Below are positions 30,503-58,129 of a stretch of 64,000 bases of DNA, one piece after another (position 1 is the first letter of the stretch; each line of letters starts with the position of its first letter). Source of the DNA: the human T2T-CHM13v2.0 reference genome, Homo sapiens. A program made the translations under genes and the position numbers. The notes below the pieces were generated by a model. That model ran no database searches. It was not told the DNA's origin and worked only from the letters and a program-made list of their open reading frames with translations. The stretch lies in the NCBI RefSeq assembly GCF_009914755.1, contig NC_060947.1. One strand, 5' to 3'.

Positions 30503-30786
30503 GGCTGGACGTAGTGGCTCATGCCTGTAATCCCAGCACTTTGGAAAGCCAAGGCGGGTGGATCACGAGGTCAGGAGTTCGAGACCAGACTGACCAACAT
30601 GGTGAAACCCCGTCTCTACTAAAAACGCAAAAATTAGCTGTATGTGGTGGCATGCACCTCTAATCCCAGCTACTCAGGAGGTTGAGGCAGGAGAATCACT
30701 TGAATCCGGGAGGCGGAGGATGCAGTGAGCCAAGATCACGCCACTGCATTCCAGCCTGGGTGACAGAGCGAGACTCTGTCTCAAAA

Positions 30787-30825
<39 letters not shown>

Positions 30826-30829
30826 AATA
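30503..30829 (+). mobile_element. AluSg/Sx with (TAAA)n tail
   Basis: Dimer; TSD tatgtccaca / tatatccaca. Confidence 0.92.
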
Positions 30830-31171
30830 ACTATATCCACAAACTCTTTGACACTCCTCCCTTCCAAAGGCAGGACCTAAATCCTACTCCCATGAGGATT
30901 TGCTCCTAATGAATAGCACGAAGCAGTGTGCAATTTCAGAGATTTCAGAGACGAGGTCAGAAAAGGCAGTGTGGCTTCTTCTGAGCTTTCTCTTATGGAT
31001 CAGCAACTCTGGAGGAAGTTAGTTGCCATGTCATGCGGACGCCTAAAGAGAGCCCTGTGTGGTGAGGAACTGAGGCCTCCAGCCAACAGCCATGTGACTG
31101 AGCCATCCTAGAAGAAGATCCTCTATCATCATTCAAGCCTTCAGATGATAGTAGACTTGCTTATATCTGTG

Positions 31172-31471
31172 TTTTTTTTTTTTTTTTTTTGAGACAGCGT
31201 CTTGCTCTGTCACCCAGGCTGGAGTGCAGTGGTACGATCTCAGGTTACTGCAGACTCCACCTCCCAGGTTCAAGAGATCCTCCCACCTCATCCTCCTGAG
31301 TAGCCGGGACCACAGGTGTGCACTACCGCTCTGACTAATTTTTGTATTTTTAGTAGAGATGGAGTTTCACCATGTTGGCCAGGCTCATCTTGAACTCCTG
31401 GCCTCAAGTGATCCACCCATCTTGACCTCCCAAAGTGCTGGGATTACAGGTGTGAGCCACCACACTGGGCC
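31172..31471 (-). mobile_element. AluS
   Basis: Perfect TSD tagacttgcttatatc (31152-31167 / 31472-31487). Confidence 0.92.
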
Positions 31472-32184
31472 TAGACTTGCTTATATCAATGCAACCATAT
31501 GACAGATCCTGTATTAGTCCATTGTCACACAGCTATAAAGAACTTCCCAAGACTGGGTAATTTATAAAGAAAAGAGGTTTAATTGACTCACAGTTCCTAC
31601 ATGGCTGGGGAGGCCTCAGGAAACTTTCAATCATGGCAGAAGGGGAAGCAGGAACGTCTTACATGGCAGCAGGCAAGAGAGAGCATGTGAAGGAGGAACT
31701 GTCAAACCATCAGATCTTGTGAGAACTCACTCACTGTCATGAGAACAGCAAGGCAGAAACCACCCTCACAATCAAATTGCCTTCCACCAGTTCCCTCCCT
31801 TGACATGTGAGGATTATGGGGATTACAATTTGAGATGAGATTTGGGTGGGGACACAGAGCCAAACTGTATCATTCTGCCCCGGCCCCTCCCAAATATCAC
31901 ATTCTTTTTACATTTCAAAACCAATCATAGCTTTCCAACAGTTTCCCCAAAGTCTTAACTCATTCCAAAGTTAACCCAAAAGTCCAAGTCCAATGTCTCA
32001 TCTGAGACAAGGCAAGTTCCTTCTGCCTAGGAGCCTGTAAAATAAAAAGCAAGTTAGTTACTTCCAAGATACAATGGGGTTACAGGCATTGGATAAATGA
32101 TCCCATTCCAAATAGGAGAAATGAGCCAAAACAAAGGGGCTACAGGCCCTGTGCAAGTCCGAAATCCAGAAGAGCAGTCATTAA

Positions 32185-32505
<321 letters not shown>

Positions 32506-33235
32506 TAAAGCTCCAAAATTAATCTCATTTGACTCCATGTCACATCCAGGGCACGCTGATGCAAGACGTGGGCTCCCATAGCCTTGGGCAGCTCCTTCAT
32601 GGGCTGGCGTTGAGTACCTGTGGCTTTTCCAGTGCATCATGCAAGCTGTTGGTGGATCTACCATTCTGGGGTCTGGAGGACGGTGGCCCTCTTCTCACAG
32701 CTCCACTAGGCAGTGCCCCAGTGGGGACTGTGTGTGCGGGCTCCAACCCCACATTTCCCTTCTGCATTGAGCTAGCAGAGGTTCCCCAGGCTGCAGACTT
32801 CTGTGTGGACATCCAGGCATTTCCACACATCCTCTGAAATCAAGGTGGTTGTTGCCAAACCTCAATTCTTGACTTCTGTGTACCCACAGGCTCAACACCA
32901 CATGGAAGCCACCAAGAGTTGGGGCTTACACCCTCTGAAGCAATGGCCCAACTTGTACCTTGGCCTCTCTTAGCCATGACTAGAGCTGGAGTGGCTAAGA
33001 TGCAGGGCACCAAGTCCTGAGGCTCCACACAGCAGTGGGTCTCTGGGCCCGGCCCATAAAACCATTTTTCCCTCCTAGGCTTCTGGGCCTGTGATGGGAG
33101 GGGCTGCCATGAAGGTCTCTGACATGCCCCTGAAGACATTTTTCCCAGTGTCTTGGCCATTAACATTCAGATTCTCATTATTTATGCACATTTCTGCAGC
33201 CAGCTTGAATTATCCTCAGAAAATGGGTTTTCTTT

Positions 33236-39238
<6,003 letters not shown>

Positions 39239-40572
39239 CACTACAATAGCATCCAAACTTTTTTGATGACTAAAATACTTTGAACACTCACTCTTGATAT
39301 CTATTTTTAATCCATTATACATGTTCACATATATGAAACATAAACAAAAATATAATTTTTAAAACATACAGTATAAAATTAAATATAAACAGTTATATTT
39401 TCTTCCCCATATATTTTTTTATTTTCAGTAGGTTTTTGGGGAACAGGTGATGTTTGGTTACATGAATATGTTTTTTGGTGGTGATTTCTGAAATTTTGGT
39501 GCACCCATCACTCAAGCAGAGTACAATGTACCCAATGTGTAGTCTTTTATGCCTCATCCCCCTCACCCTTTCCCCCGAGTCCCCAAAGTCCATTGTATCA
39601 TTCTAATGCCTTTGTGTCATCACAGCTTATCTCCTCCTATGACTGAGAACATGTGATGTTTGGTTTTCCATTCCTGAGTTAGTTCACTTTGAATATTGGT
39701 CTCCAATTTCATCCTGATTGCTGCAAATGCCATTATTTTGTTCCTTTTTATGGCTGAGTAGTATTCTAGCACTCCATGGTATGAGTATATATATACATAT
39801 ATATACATATACTATATATATATATATATCACATTTTCTTTATCCACTTGTTGATTGATGGGCATTCGGGCTGGTTCTATATTTCTGCAATTGTGAATGG
39901 TAATGCTATAATCATGCACGTGCAGGTATCTTTTTTGTATAATGACTTCTTTTCCTCTGGGTAGATACCCAGTAGTGGGATTGCTGGATCAAATCGTAGA
40001 TCTACTTTTAGTTCTTTAAGAATCTCCACACTGTTTTTTATAGTGTTTGTACTAGTTTACATTCCCACCAGCAGTGTAAAAGTGTAAAAGTGTTCCCTTT
40101 TCACCACATCCATGCCAACATCTATTTTTTTTTTATTTTTTTATTATGGCCTTTCTTGCAGGAGTGAGGTGGTATTGCATTGTGGTTTTGATTTGCATTT
40201 CCCTGATAATCAGTGATGTTGAACATTTTTTCATGTTTGTTGGCCATTTGTATATCTTCTTTTGAGAATTGCCAATTCATATCCTTAGCCCACTTTTTGA
40301 TGGAATTGTTTGTTTTGTTCTTACTGGTTTGTCTGACTTCCTTGTAGATTCTGGATATTAGTCCTTTGTTGTATGTATAGATTGTGAAGATTTTTCTCCC
40401 ACTCTGTGGGTTGTCTGTTTATTCTGCTAATTATTTCTTTTGCTGCGCAGAAGCTTTTTTATTTTAATTAAGTCCCATCTATTTATCTTTGTGTTTGTTG
40501 CCTTTGCTTTTGAGTTCTTGGTCATGAAGTCTTTGTCTAAGCCAATGTCTAGAAGGGTTTTTCCAATGTTAT

Positions 40573-42449
40573 TGTATTAGTCTGTTCTCACACTGCTAAT
40601 AAAGACTTACCTGAGACTGGGTAATTTCTAAAGGAAAGAGGTTTAATGGACTCACATTTCCACATAGCTGGGAAGGCTTCACAATCATGGTGGAAGGCAA
40701 AGGAGAAGCCAAGGCATGTCTTACATGGCAGCAGGCAAGAGAGAATGAGAAACAAGCAAAAGGGGTTTCTCCTTATAAAACCATCAGATCTCATGAGACT
40801 TATTCACTACCACGAGAACAGTACGGGAGAAACCACCCTCATCATTCAACTATCTCCCACTGGGTCCCTCCCACAACACATGGGAATTATGGGAGCTACA
40901 ATTCAAGATGAGATATGGGTGGCAACACAGCCAAACCATATCATTCTGCCCCTAGGCCCAGCCCACAAAACCATATTTTCCTCCTAGGCCTCCAGGCCTG
41001 TGAGGGGAGGGGCTGCTGTGAAGACCTCTGACGTGCTCTGGAGACATTTTCCCATTATCTTGGTTATTAACATTTGGCTCCTTGTTACTTATGCAAATTT
41101 CTGCAGTCAGCTTGAATTTCTCCTCAGAAAATGGGATTTTCTTTTCTATCACATTGTCAGGCTGCAAATTTTCCAAACTTTATGCTCTGCTTCCCTTATA
41201 AAACTGATTGTCTATAACAGCACTCAAGTCACCTCTTGAATGGTTTGCTGCTTAAAAATTTCTTCTGCCAGATACCCTAAATCATCTCTCTAAAGTTCAA
41301 AGTTCCACAAATGTCTAGGGCAGGGGCAAAATGCCACCAGTCTCTTTGCTAAAACATAGCAAGAGTCATCTTTACTCCGGTTCCCAACAAGTTCCTTATC
41401 TCCATCTGAGACCAACTCAGCCTGGATTTCATTGTCCATATCATTATCAGCATTTGGTCAAAGCCATTCAACAAGTCCCTAGGAAGTTCCAAACTTTCCC
41501 ACATTTCCCTGTCTTCTTCTGAGCCCTCTGAGCTGTTCCAACCTCTGCCTGTTACCCAGTTCAAAAGTCTTTTCCACATTTTTGGGTGTCTTTACAGCAG
41601 CATCTTACTCTACCAGTACCAGTTTACTGTATTAGTCCATTTTCATGCCACTGACAAAGACATACCCCAGACTGGGTAATTTATATAGCAAAAGTAGTTT
41701 AATGAACTCACAGTTCCAGGTAGCTGGGGTGGCCTCACAATCATGGTGAAAGGTGAAAGACACATCTTACGTGGCAGCAGGCAAGAGAGAATGATAGCCA
41801 AGCAAAAGGGGTTTCCCCATATGAAACCATCAGATCTTGTGAGACTTATTCACCACCAGGAGAACAGTATGGGGTAAACTGCCCCGATGATTCAATTATC
41901 TCCAACCAGGTCTGGGATGGTTAATACTGAGTGTCAACTTGATTGGATTGAAGGGTTCCAAGTACTAATCCTGGGTGTGTCTGTGAGGGTGTTGCCAAAG
42001 GAGATTAACATTTGAGTCAGTGGGTTGGGGAAGGCAGACCCACCCTTAATCTGGTGGGCACCATCTAATCAGCCTCCAGCCAATATGAAGCAGGCAGAAA
42101 AACGTGAAAAGGTGAGACTGGTCTAGCCTCCCAGCCTACATCTTTCTCCTGTGTGCTGGATGCTTCCTGTCCTCAAACATTGGACTCCAAATTCTTCAGT
42201 TTTGGGGCTCGGACTGGCTCTCCTTGCTCCTCAGCTTGCAGATAGCCTATCGTGGGACCTTGTCATCATGTGAGTTAATACTTAATAAACTCCTATATGT
42301 ACATGTGTGTGTATATATATATACATATATATACACAATTATTTCCCTCTAGAGAACCCTGATACAAGGTCCCTCCCACAACACGTGGCAATCATGGGAG
42401 CTACAATTCAAGATGAGATATGAATGGGGGACACAGCCAAACCATATCA
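40573..42449 (-). mobile_element. THE1C/B-like two-LTR element with internal deletion
   Basis: LTRs 40573-40943 and 41628-42449; perfect TSD GTTAT (40568-40572 / 42450-42454). Confidence 0.9.
41913..42366 (+). mobile_element. MLT2A-like (HERVL) solo LTR inside the THE1 LTR
   Basis: tgggatggttaatactgagtgtcaacttgattggattg start; agagaaccctgataca end; perfect TSD AGGTC. Confidence 0.92.
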
Positions 42450-43032
42450 GTTATCTTCTAGAATTTTTATGGTTTCAGGTCTTAGATTCAAGTCTTTGAT
42501 CCATCTTCAGTTGGTTTTTGTATAGGGTGACAGATGAGGATTCAGAGACTGGGTAATTTATAAAGAAAAGAGGTTTAATTGACTCACAGTTCCACATGGC
42601 TTGGGAGGTCTCAGGTAACTTACAATCGTGGCAGAAGAGGAAGCAGGCATGTCTTACATGGTGGCAAGGGAGAGAGAGCATGGGAAGCAGGAACTGTCAA
42701 ACACTTATAAAACCATCAGATCTCATGAGAACTCACTATCATGAGGACAGTATGGGGGAAACTGCCACCATGATCCAGTCACCTCCCACCAGGTCCCTTC
42801 CTTGACACATGGGGATTACAATTCGAGATGAGATTTGGGTGGGGACACAAACCATATCAGACCCTGAGCCTACATTTTCAAATAAGCCACTCTGAAATTC
42901 CTGACAGACAGAAACTATGAGATAATGTATGTTTGTTGTTTTAAGCCACTGAGTTTTGGAGTAACTTTTTATGCAGTAACAGATAACAACTAATACAGAT
43001 TTTGCTACCTGGAAGTGGGGTGCTATCAAGAT

Positions 43033-43347
<315 letters not shown>

Positions 43348-45667
43348 CTAAAATTTCTTGAATAGACTGTTTGGAGAAGTCTGAGTTTTGAGGAGGCTAC
43401 CAGTGGGGGGTTAAATAGAAGTAAGGAATATGTTACAGGAAAGTGAAGGAAGAGGGATCTTTGCTAAGTAGTGGCAGAAAGTTTAGCTACACTGTCACCT
43501 GAAATTATTTGGAAAGTAGAAAATATACCAAATGAACTGGATGACCTAGCTAAAGTAACTTCTAGCAAAAGCATTGAAGGTGCTGCCTGGTTGCTTCTTG
43601 TTGCTTATAGCAAAATGTGAAAGGACAGAGACATGCTTAAGGAAGAAATGTTAAACAAAAAGGAGTGCTGGTTTTGGAGATTCCTAGATCCTCCAAGGGT
43701 AAACAATGCCAAAATTAAGAAATAGCCTTGGAACAAAGGTAAAATCCAGGGTACTCTCTGGAAAACATGGTCTAAAAATAAAACTGGAAGTATGACTGTA
43801 AAATCTTTTGTTAAAGCCTCAGAAAGATCCAAGGTCATGCTTCAAAGAGCTGTTCAGTCAAGCAACAGAGCTTTGAAGAAGCTTAAGGGCACTGTCCCTC
43901 AGTAGTCACAGCAGATGTCCAATGTTAGGAAGGGCTTATCTCAAAGATATTTTTGGACAAAGCTTTGGTGTAATGGTGTAATGGGGTAAACCTTAATAAG
44001 AATCAGAGAACACTCACAAAGTTTTAAAGAGAATTATATTTATGGGAACATTTCCAGCCTGAACTGAAAGGGGCAGAGACAATACAAAATGACAAGAGAC
44101 CTTTGGATCTCCAAAATTCTACTGGCAGGAAGAAAGCTGAAAAAATCATGCACCTGGAAACAGAGTGTTTTTTGTGGAAAGGAAAGATGACTCAGAGGAT
44201 AGAACCAAGAGCCCAGGGGGGAGAGCCAAGAGGTGCAGAGAATTATTCCCAGACCGAGTCCTAATCAAGGAACTTGCAACATGTCCTTAGGTATATTTCA
44301 GAATTGTTTATGGAACAGCGACTCCTTTGTGCCTGTTTTCCCCTTTCCTTGTACAGTAATGTCTGTAGAGGTTATTCTACTCATTCCCACCATTGCATGT
44401 TGGGTGTATCCGTGGCCGATATCTTTTCTCTTTGGTTCACAGGTCCTCAGGTTGAGAGGAACTGTACTCCAGAAGCTATACTTAAAGAACTACATCTGAG
44501 GAGCATTATGTGCACCTGGACCTGGACCTGATCTCAGTGATGAGAATCTAGACTTCAAACTGATAGTGTAATGGGATGAGACTTTTAGGGGCCTTGGGAG
44601 GAGTGAGTGTACTTTGCATATGGGAGGAATATCAATAGTTGGTGGAAAGAGGGAGAACTGCAGTAGCTGTGAAATTTGTCCACAAATTTTTTGCTACTCC
44701 TTCCTTTCAAAGGAAGACCCTATTTCCCTTCCCCTTGAGGGTGAGCTGCTTTTACTGTCTTGTTTCTAATGAATAGGATAAAGAAATTCATCAGTGACTC
44801 GCTTCTAACGAATAGAATAAAGCAAAAGTGATTGTGACATTTCAGAGACTAGATCATAAAAAAGACAGTGCGGCTTCCTCTGTGCTCCCTCTCTAGTGGA
44901 GCACTCACTCTGGGGTAAGTTAGTTGTCATGTCCTGATGGCATTCAAGTAACCTATGGAGAGGCCCACAATTTGAGGGACTGAGGTCTTCTGCCAGCAGC
45001 CACATGACTGAGCCATCAGTGAAGCAGATCCTCCAGCTCCATGCAAGCCATCAGGTGACTGCAGACAGTGGCAGATTTGATAGATGAGACTTCTTTCTAG
45101 GCAGGCTGGCCACCCTTTTCTTGAAAGATTCTGTGTGGTTTCTGGCAGCTCTCTGTGTGTGAGCAGGGAGGGGATGGCCAAACTTCCGCTGTCCTGGGCA
45201 GAGCACACCAACATATCTACTCTATCTTTTCCAGGGGAAGGGTGGATTAACTAGCACAGGTCTTGTTTTAGAATGATAGCACCAAGCAAGGAAATTCTAG
45301 GAGGAGTTTTCAAGCTCCTCTACTCTCAATATGGAAGGCTGACTAAACTGGTGACTTTGAGTGTGTGTGGGAGCCACCTAGTATATCTCATGACTCAGAA
45401 CTTACATGAGTCACTTCTAAGGCTAATAATGAGCTTGCAAGGTTAGAAGGGCTGTGTCTCCCTAAAGTCTGCTTTTAGACACACATGCACCAGCCTTGTG
45501 CCTGTTCTAGGATAGGTTGTGTGCTTTGTCTTGGGTACCCTGCTATCACTGTTGAGAAATTTCTCAGTCCACTGGGAGAAGAAAATTGTTCATTTCCATG
45601 CTCACACTTCCTCTGCTCTCTCTGTCCTGATTGGCTAACCATGGTACTGGGGTGAGAAAGCTGAGAC

Positions 45668-46545
<878 letters not shown>

Positions 46546-47295
46546 GCTGGCACCCAACTGTTGATACAGACAAGGGTGGACTTCATGGCATCTCACAACT
46601 TTTTAAATTGAACCTTGTTTCAAGAGACTCAGCTAGGTGATCTTCAAACTACAACAAGTCTAAATGGATGAGATTAACATTCTCCTGCTGGAAGGACTCT
46701 GTGAAACCCTGCCTGCTCTTGCAGGTCAGGATAGGGACCATACAGAGCCATGGGTGCTGCCAATCATTCATGCATTCATGACTTAGAAGAATCCTGTCAT
46801 GTACCTCTCCTAGGGCAATTTGGAGGTCAGGTCAGTGGCTGTCCAGTCTGCCTCACCAGGCAAATAGGCATTCTAGAAAGAATTGTCTGAGAGGGATGGA
46901 GAGCAGCTGCTCCATACAGTAACCACAATGACACCATTAATCTCACCCTAGGGTCTTGAGCCTTTGCAAATAATGCTACCTTGGCAAAGAATGGCAGAAT
47001 CTTAAGTTTCAGGGGGTATCTCAATCTGAACTTGTGTGTGGGGCCATCTAGCACTCAAATTTTCCTGCTGGCACTCCCATTATTTATGAAAAAGTAGACA
47101 AGTGGGACTTTGATTCAGTGGCAGGATGGGATCACTACCCACTCCTGCTCAATTGCATCCGGTTGTACAATTCTAGCAGATCCAGGAACTCACAGAATCT
47201 GAACTCAGTAGGCTATTTAGCTTTGTATGCAAGAGGACTAGTGAAAGACAGCATTTCAAGCTGGACTGGGACAGTACATATATTTGGGGCTATCC

Positions 47296-47715
47296 TGTTG
47301 CAGAGGGCACTACATGATGACCAAAGGCTCAGGCTTCCCTTCCATGGTGTAGAGTTGTTGCTGCAAAGAGGCTTCCCAGCCCGGAACTACCACTTCCAAG
47401 CTCCATCGCACCTCTAGGCAAGATCATTTGACCAGCTATTGCCAATACAACAAGTAAACATGACGTGTATCATTTTAGGGCCAAAGTGATTGAGTAACAG
47501 GTGTGTGATTCTTCCCACTTTCATGTGCTTCTGAAACACTAGGGTGACCTTAAAGCCACAAGATGGCAGAGCCATAAGATGGAAATAGCTGGATCCTTTA
47601 GTCACTTGGAAGAGAGTCACAGTCTCTCTAACAGATATGAGAGAAACTTCTATTATGCTAAACCACCAAGATGTGGTTGTTTGTTATATCAACTAGTGTT
47701 ACTTTGATTAATACA
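47296..47715 (+). mobile_element. MLT1J/I-like LTR inserted in the gypsy RT
   Basis: tgttgcag start; aagatggcagagccataagatggaa..ctggatcc; ..gattaataca end; RT reading resumes directly after. Confidence 0.7.
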
Positions 47716-49071
47716 TGCTCTCTGGCCTGTGTACTACTCCAAGTAAATTCTAGGGCCTTTTTATTATTATCCTTCTCAACCTCCTGAACCAAGGAGTGGT
47801 TGTCTATCTCATTCTCTAAGATATTCTGTTTCATTTAGAATGAGCCCTTGATCTGAGTAATCCTGGTACCAACCAAAGACTAAGGGAAATCAGATACCGC
47901 CCCTCCCTCCTTAGGAAATTATTCATTTGGTGATATTTTGAATCATACGCCTCATTTCAGGCTGCCAGGGAGCACACCTGTGCCAGCACAGCCTTAAGAG
48001 GGTCCCCAGCAAAGGCACAATGAACCCAGGTGCCTCGGCCTTACTCCCACCCTGGAAGACAGCCTGACAATCAACCTGCTTGTTGAGGCTTTTGGTGGGG
48101 CAGCATCAGGCCCAGTGTTCTAAGGGGGAAAAAAAATGCAGAACCAAAGATACGCCAGGGAAATCTCTTGGGGACAGTAACCCAAGACTTTGTAATATAC
48201 TGTTATCCTTCCCTTCTCAGGGCCACAAGCCACATTTGCTGTCGGGTAGATATCCTGACTAATGTAGTCCACTTTCTACACTGCCATTTCAGTTCTATTA
48301 CCTGCTGCCCCACTGTCTGATGCTTGCAGGAGCTTCTCCAGTTCATTGACTTGCACCGCTATGTTCTGTTGAATCAAAAACCCACCCATTTTGTGCCTTT
48401 CCCAGAGTCTTCAACTACCATTTGACCCATCTACTGCTTACCTCCATCACATAAACGGTTACAGCAGCTAGTGTTATTTTGATTGATACATGTTCACACA
48501 TGAAGTGTGTTGAACCAGACCCTCAAATAGTAGCCCTGACATTCTGCCTGCTGTGCCAGCAAGACTCTTGAGCCCTCTGACCTCGTTGATAGCCAAGTTT
48601 GATGTCTTACACAGTTCTACCGGGAACCCCTAGCCATTTCAATAATGAAAGACACTGTTTCTCTACTTTCCTGTACCACACAGTACTTGCAGGTCAGTGT
48701 CTTTGAGAACTACAGGCTGCCTGATACCTTGCAGGATGCACCTCTACCAACATATAGTCATTGCTGAGATGGGGAGGGCAGAGGGCTGCTGTCGGCATGG
48801 AACCTGATGTGGTTTTCCTCCTGCTCCATGTTCTACTCACCTTCCCTAAAGCAACCCTGATGCATATGAGAGGACCTGTTCCTGGCCTCATTCCAGATCT
48901 CTGAAACCATTAGCCACACTCACTGCTGCCTGAGTGCCGCCACAGGAGGATGTAAGGGTTTCTCCAGCTCCTGGTAGGCAGTTGGCTCCCTGCTCTCATA
49001 TCATCACCCACTTCACCACTAATAACCACCGACAGACCAGTCCAAAGAAGGAAGCTGAAATAAGAATTGCT

Positions 49072-53440
<4,369 letters not shown>

Positions 53441-53599
53441 AGAGCCACCTTCTATTTAAATGACTCAGAACTAGTTACCCCTCATGCCTTACACTCCCAC
53501 TTATCTGTTGCCACAAGAAGGAAGTTCAAGCCTCCCATTATTACCTGGACCATTCATTATCTTCGCTTAGCTTAGTACATCTCCTAATCGACGCTTCCT

Positions 53600-55655
<2,056 letters not shown>

Positions 55656-56028
55656 ACTGTTTTCTGCCTTCATCCCTCAGTCTGCACACATCCACCTAGT
55701 CTTTCACGATTCCTCACTAGGCCCAGTCCACCTAGACCCCTGCACACACCACACCCTCAGGAATTGAAAGCCTAAGTATATGATTACAGGAGACTCTGGA
55801 CTTCCAAGCCCATCCAATAGACTCCAGCAGGAGGTTTATGGGCCAGAGGGATACTCATAAGAGCCCAAGTCTCCCCTTAAGTACCTCTCAGAAGCCTTGC
55901 AAACTCCCATGGAGCCAATCCAGCTGCAGCCTCAGCTTGCCTAGCAAAAGCCTGAAGCTAGAGGAATGAGTGTATTTAAGTGGCCTCTGCTTATTTTCTA
56001 TACTACATCTCACTCCAGAAGGGATTTG

Positions 56029-56356
56029 AGCCGGGTGGCTTACTTAAACACTGGGTTCAAGTCTGTAATTTCAGCACTTTGGGAGGCTGAGGCAGAAGGA
56101 TTGCTTGAGCCCAGGAGTTCAAAACCAGCCTAAGCAACTTAGTGAGACCCTGTCTTTACAATAAAAATAAAAATTAGAAAATCAGCCGGCATGGTGCCCA
56201 TGCCTGTAGTAGTCCCAGCTAATTGGGAGGCTGAAGCAGGAGGATCATTTGAACCCATGATGACGAGGCTGCAGTAAGCTATGATCACATCACTGCACTC
56301 CGGCCTGGGGGAACGGAGCGAGACTCTGTCAAAAAACAAAGAAACAAACAAACAAA
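56029..56356 (+). mobile_element. AluJ
   Basis: Diverged dimer with (AAAC) tail. Confidence 0.85.
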
Positions 56357-56441
56357 ACCCTCTCATATCTATTCTTACAACACGTCCTATGCAACACATA
56401 AAAGGGGCACATTAGCACATACTCACCACTGACAGTGTTAG

Positions 56442-57042
<601 letters not shown>

Positions 57043-58129
57043 CTTCTCAGGACACTTTGGAAAATGCCTCCACTGGACTCACTCTGACTCCAAGTGAGGT
57101 AATATATGGCAACCCATAGCCTTGGGGAAATTTGGGGACCCTTTTTCTCTCAGACTTGAAAGGAATCTCCACCATTTCCAAATCCATGAATATGTGGGAA
57201 AGAAAGTCTTATTGGCTGCAGGAGAGGAGTAAAACAGTTCACAGACACCTTGGTGTTCACTGATAACTGCCTGAATAGAGTTAGAAGGAAACAGGGGATA
57301 ACAGTTGGTTTCAACTCCTAGATCAGGAGTTTGAGACCTCAGGCTGTGAAGATCCCAGCCAGAGTTCTCCTACTTCACAACGTGTACTGGCATTACAGTG
57401 GCCCCAAGACTACACTTATTGGGAGAATGGGACGAAACCTGATGATTCTTTTTTCTTCTCTTGGTTTTTCCGTTTTGATGATGCTTGCTCTCCAATTATA
57501 GTTTTTGCTTTTAAATAGCTATGGGGAACTGTGAACTTCAGTTTCCTTGTTTGTAAAATATAAATTATAATCTCTATTTCTGAGAGTTGTGAGGAGTAAA
57601 TGAGAATACACATAAAGTACGGAGAACATTGCCTAGGAAATAGTAGCTCATTAAAGTATCTCTCAACTCTTCTAGTTGACCTGCAGTCAACCTCTGTTTC
57701 AGCCTTTTACTATGGGTTCTTAGGGCTTACACACAATTCTCAAACTCAAAGGAAGCTCTGATGTTACTACGTCCCTTGACAATAAACAACAGGGACAGAG
57801 ATTGGTGACAGTGATTCATAGAAATTTTGGTCCCTTCCAATTTGAAGAAAAGTGGAAGCTTCGGTCCTCAATCTTGCACTGTCATGCTTTTTAGGGGCTA
57901 ATGGCTTGTGAGTCATGCATAAAGCAGAGATATAAGGCAAGGGTGAGAGACAAAGTGAGAAAGAGAGAGAGAAAATAAGAAGAGATCACCTACTGGCTAG
58001 GCCAGCCAACCTCATGGGGATTAGGCCAGACCAATCACAATGCAAGAATCAGCTGGCATCTCACTGGAAAGAGTAGGAGAGCATACACAGGTGTGACAGA
58101 AGCAGCATGAGCAACAAAGAGACACAAGA

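Larger units (their letters stand above)
39395..42545 (-). mobile_element. L1PB1-like 3' fragment split by THE1C
   Basis: taggtttttggggaacaggtgatgtttggttacatg 3'UTR; ORF2 sequence resumes at 42450. Confidence 0.85.
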
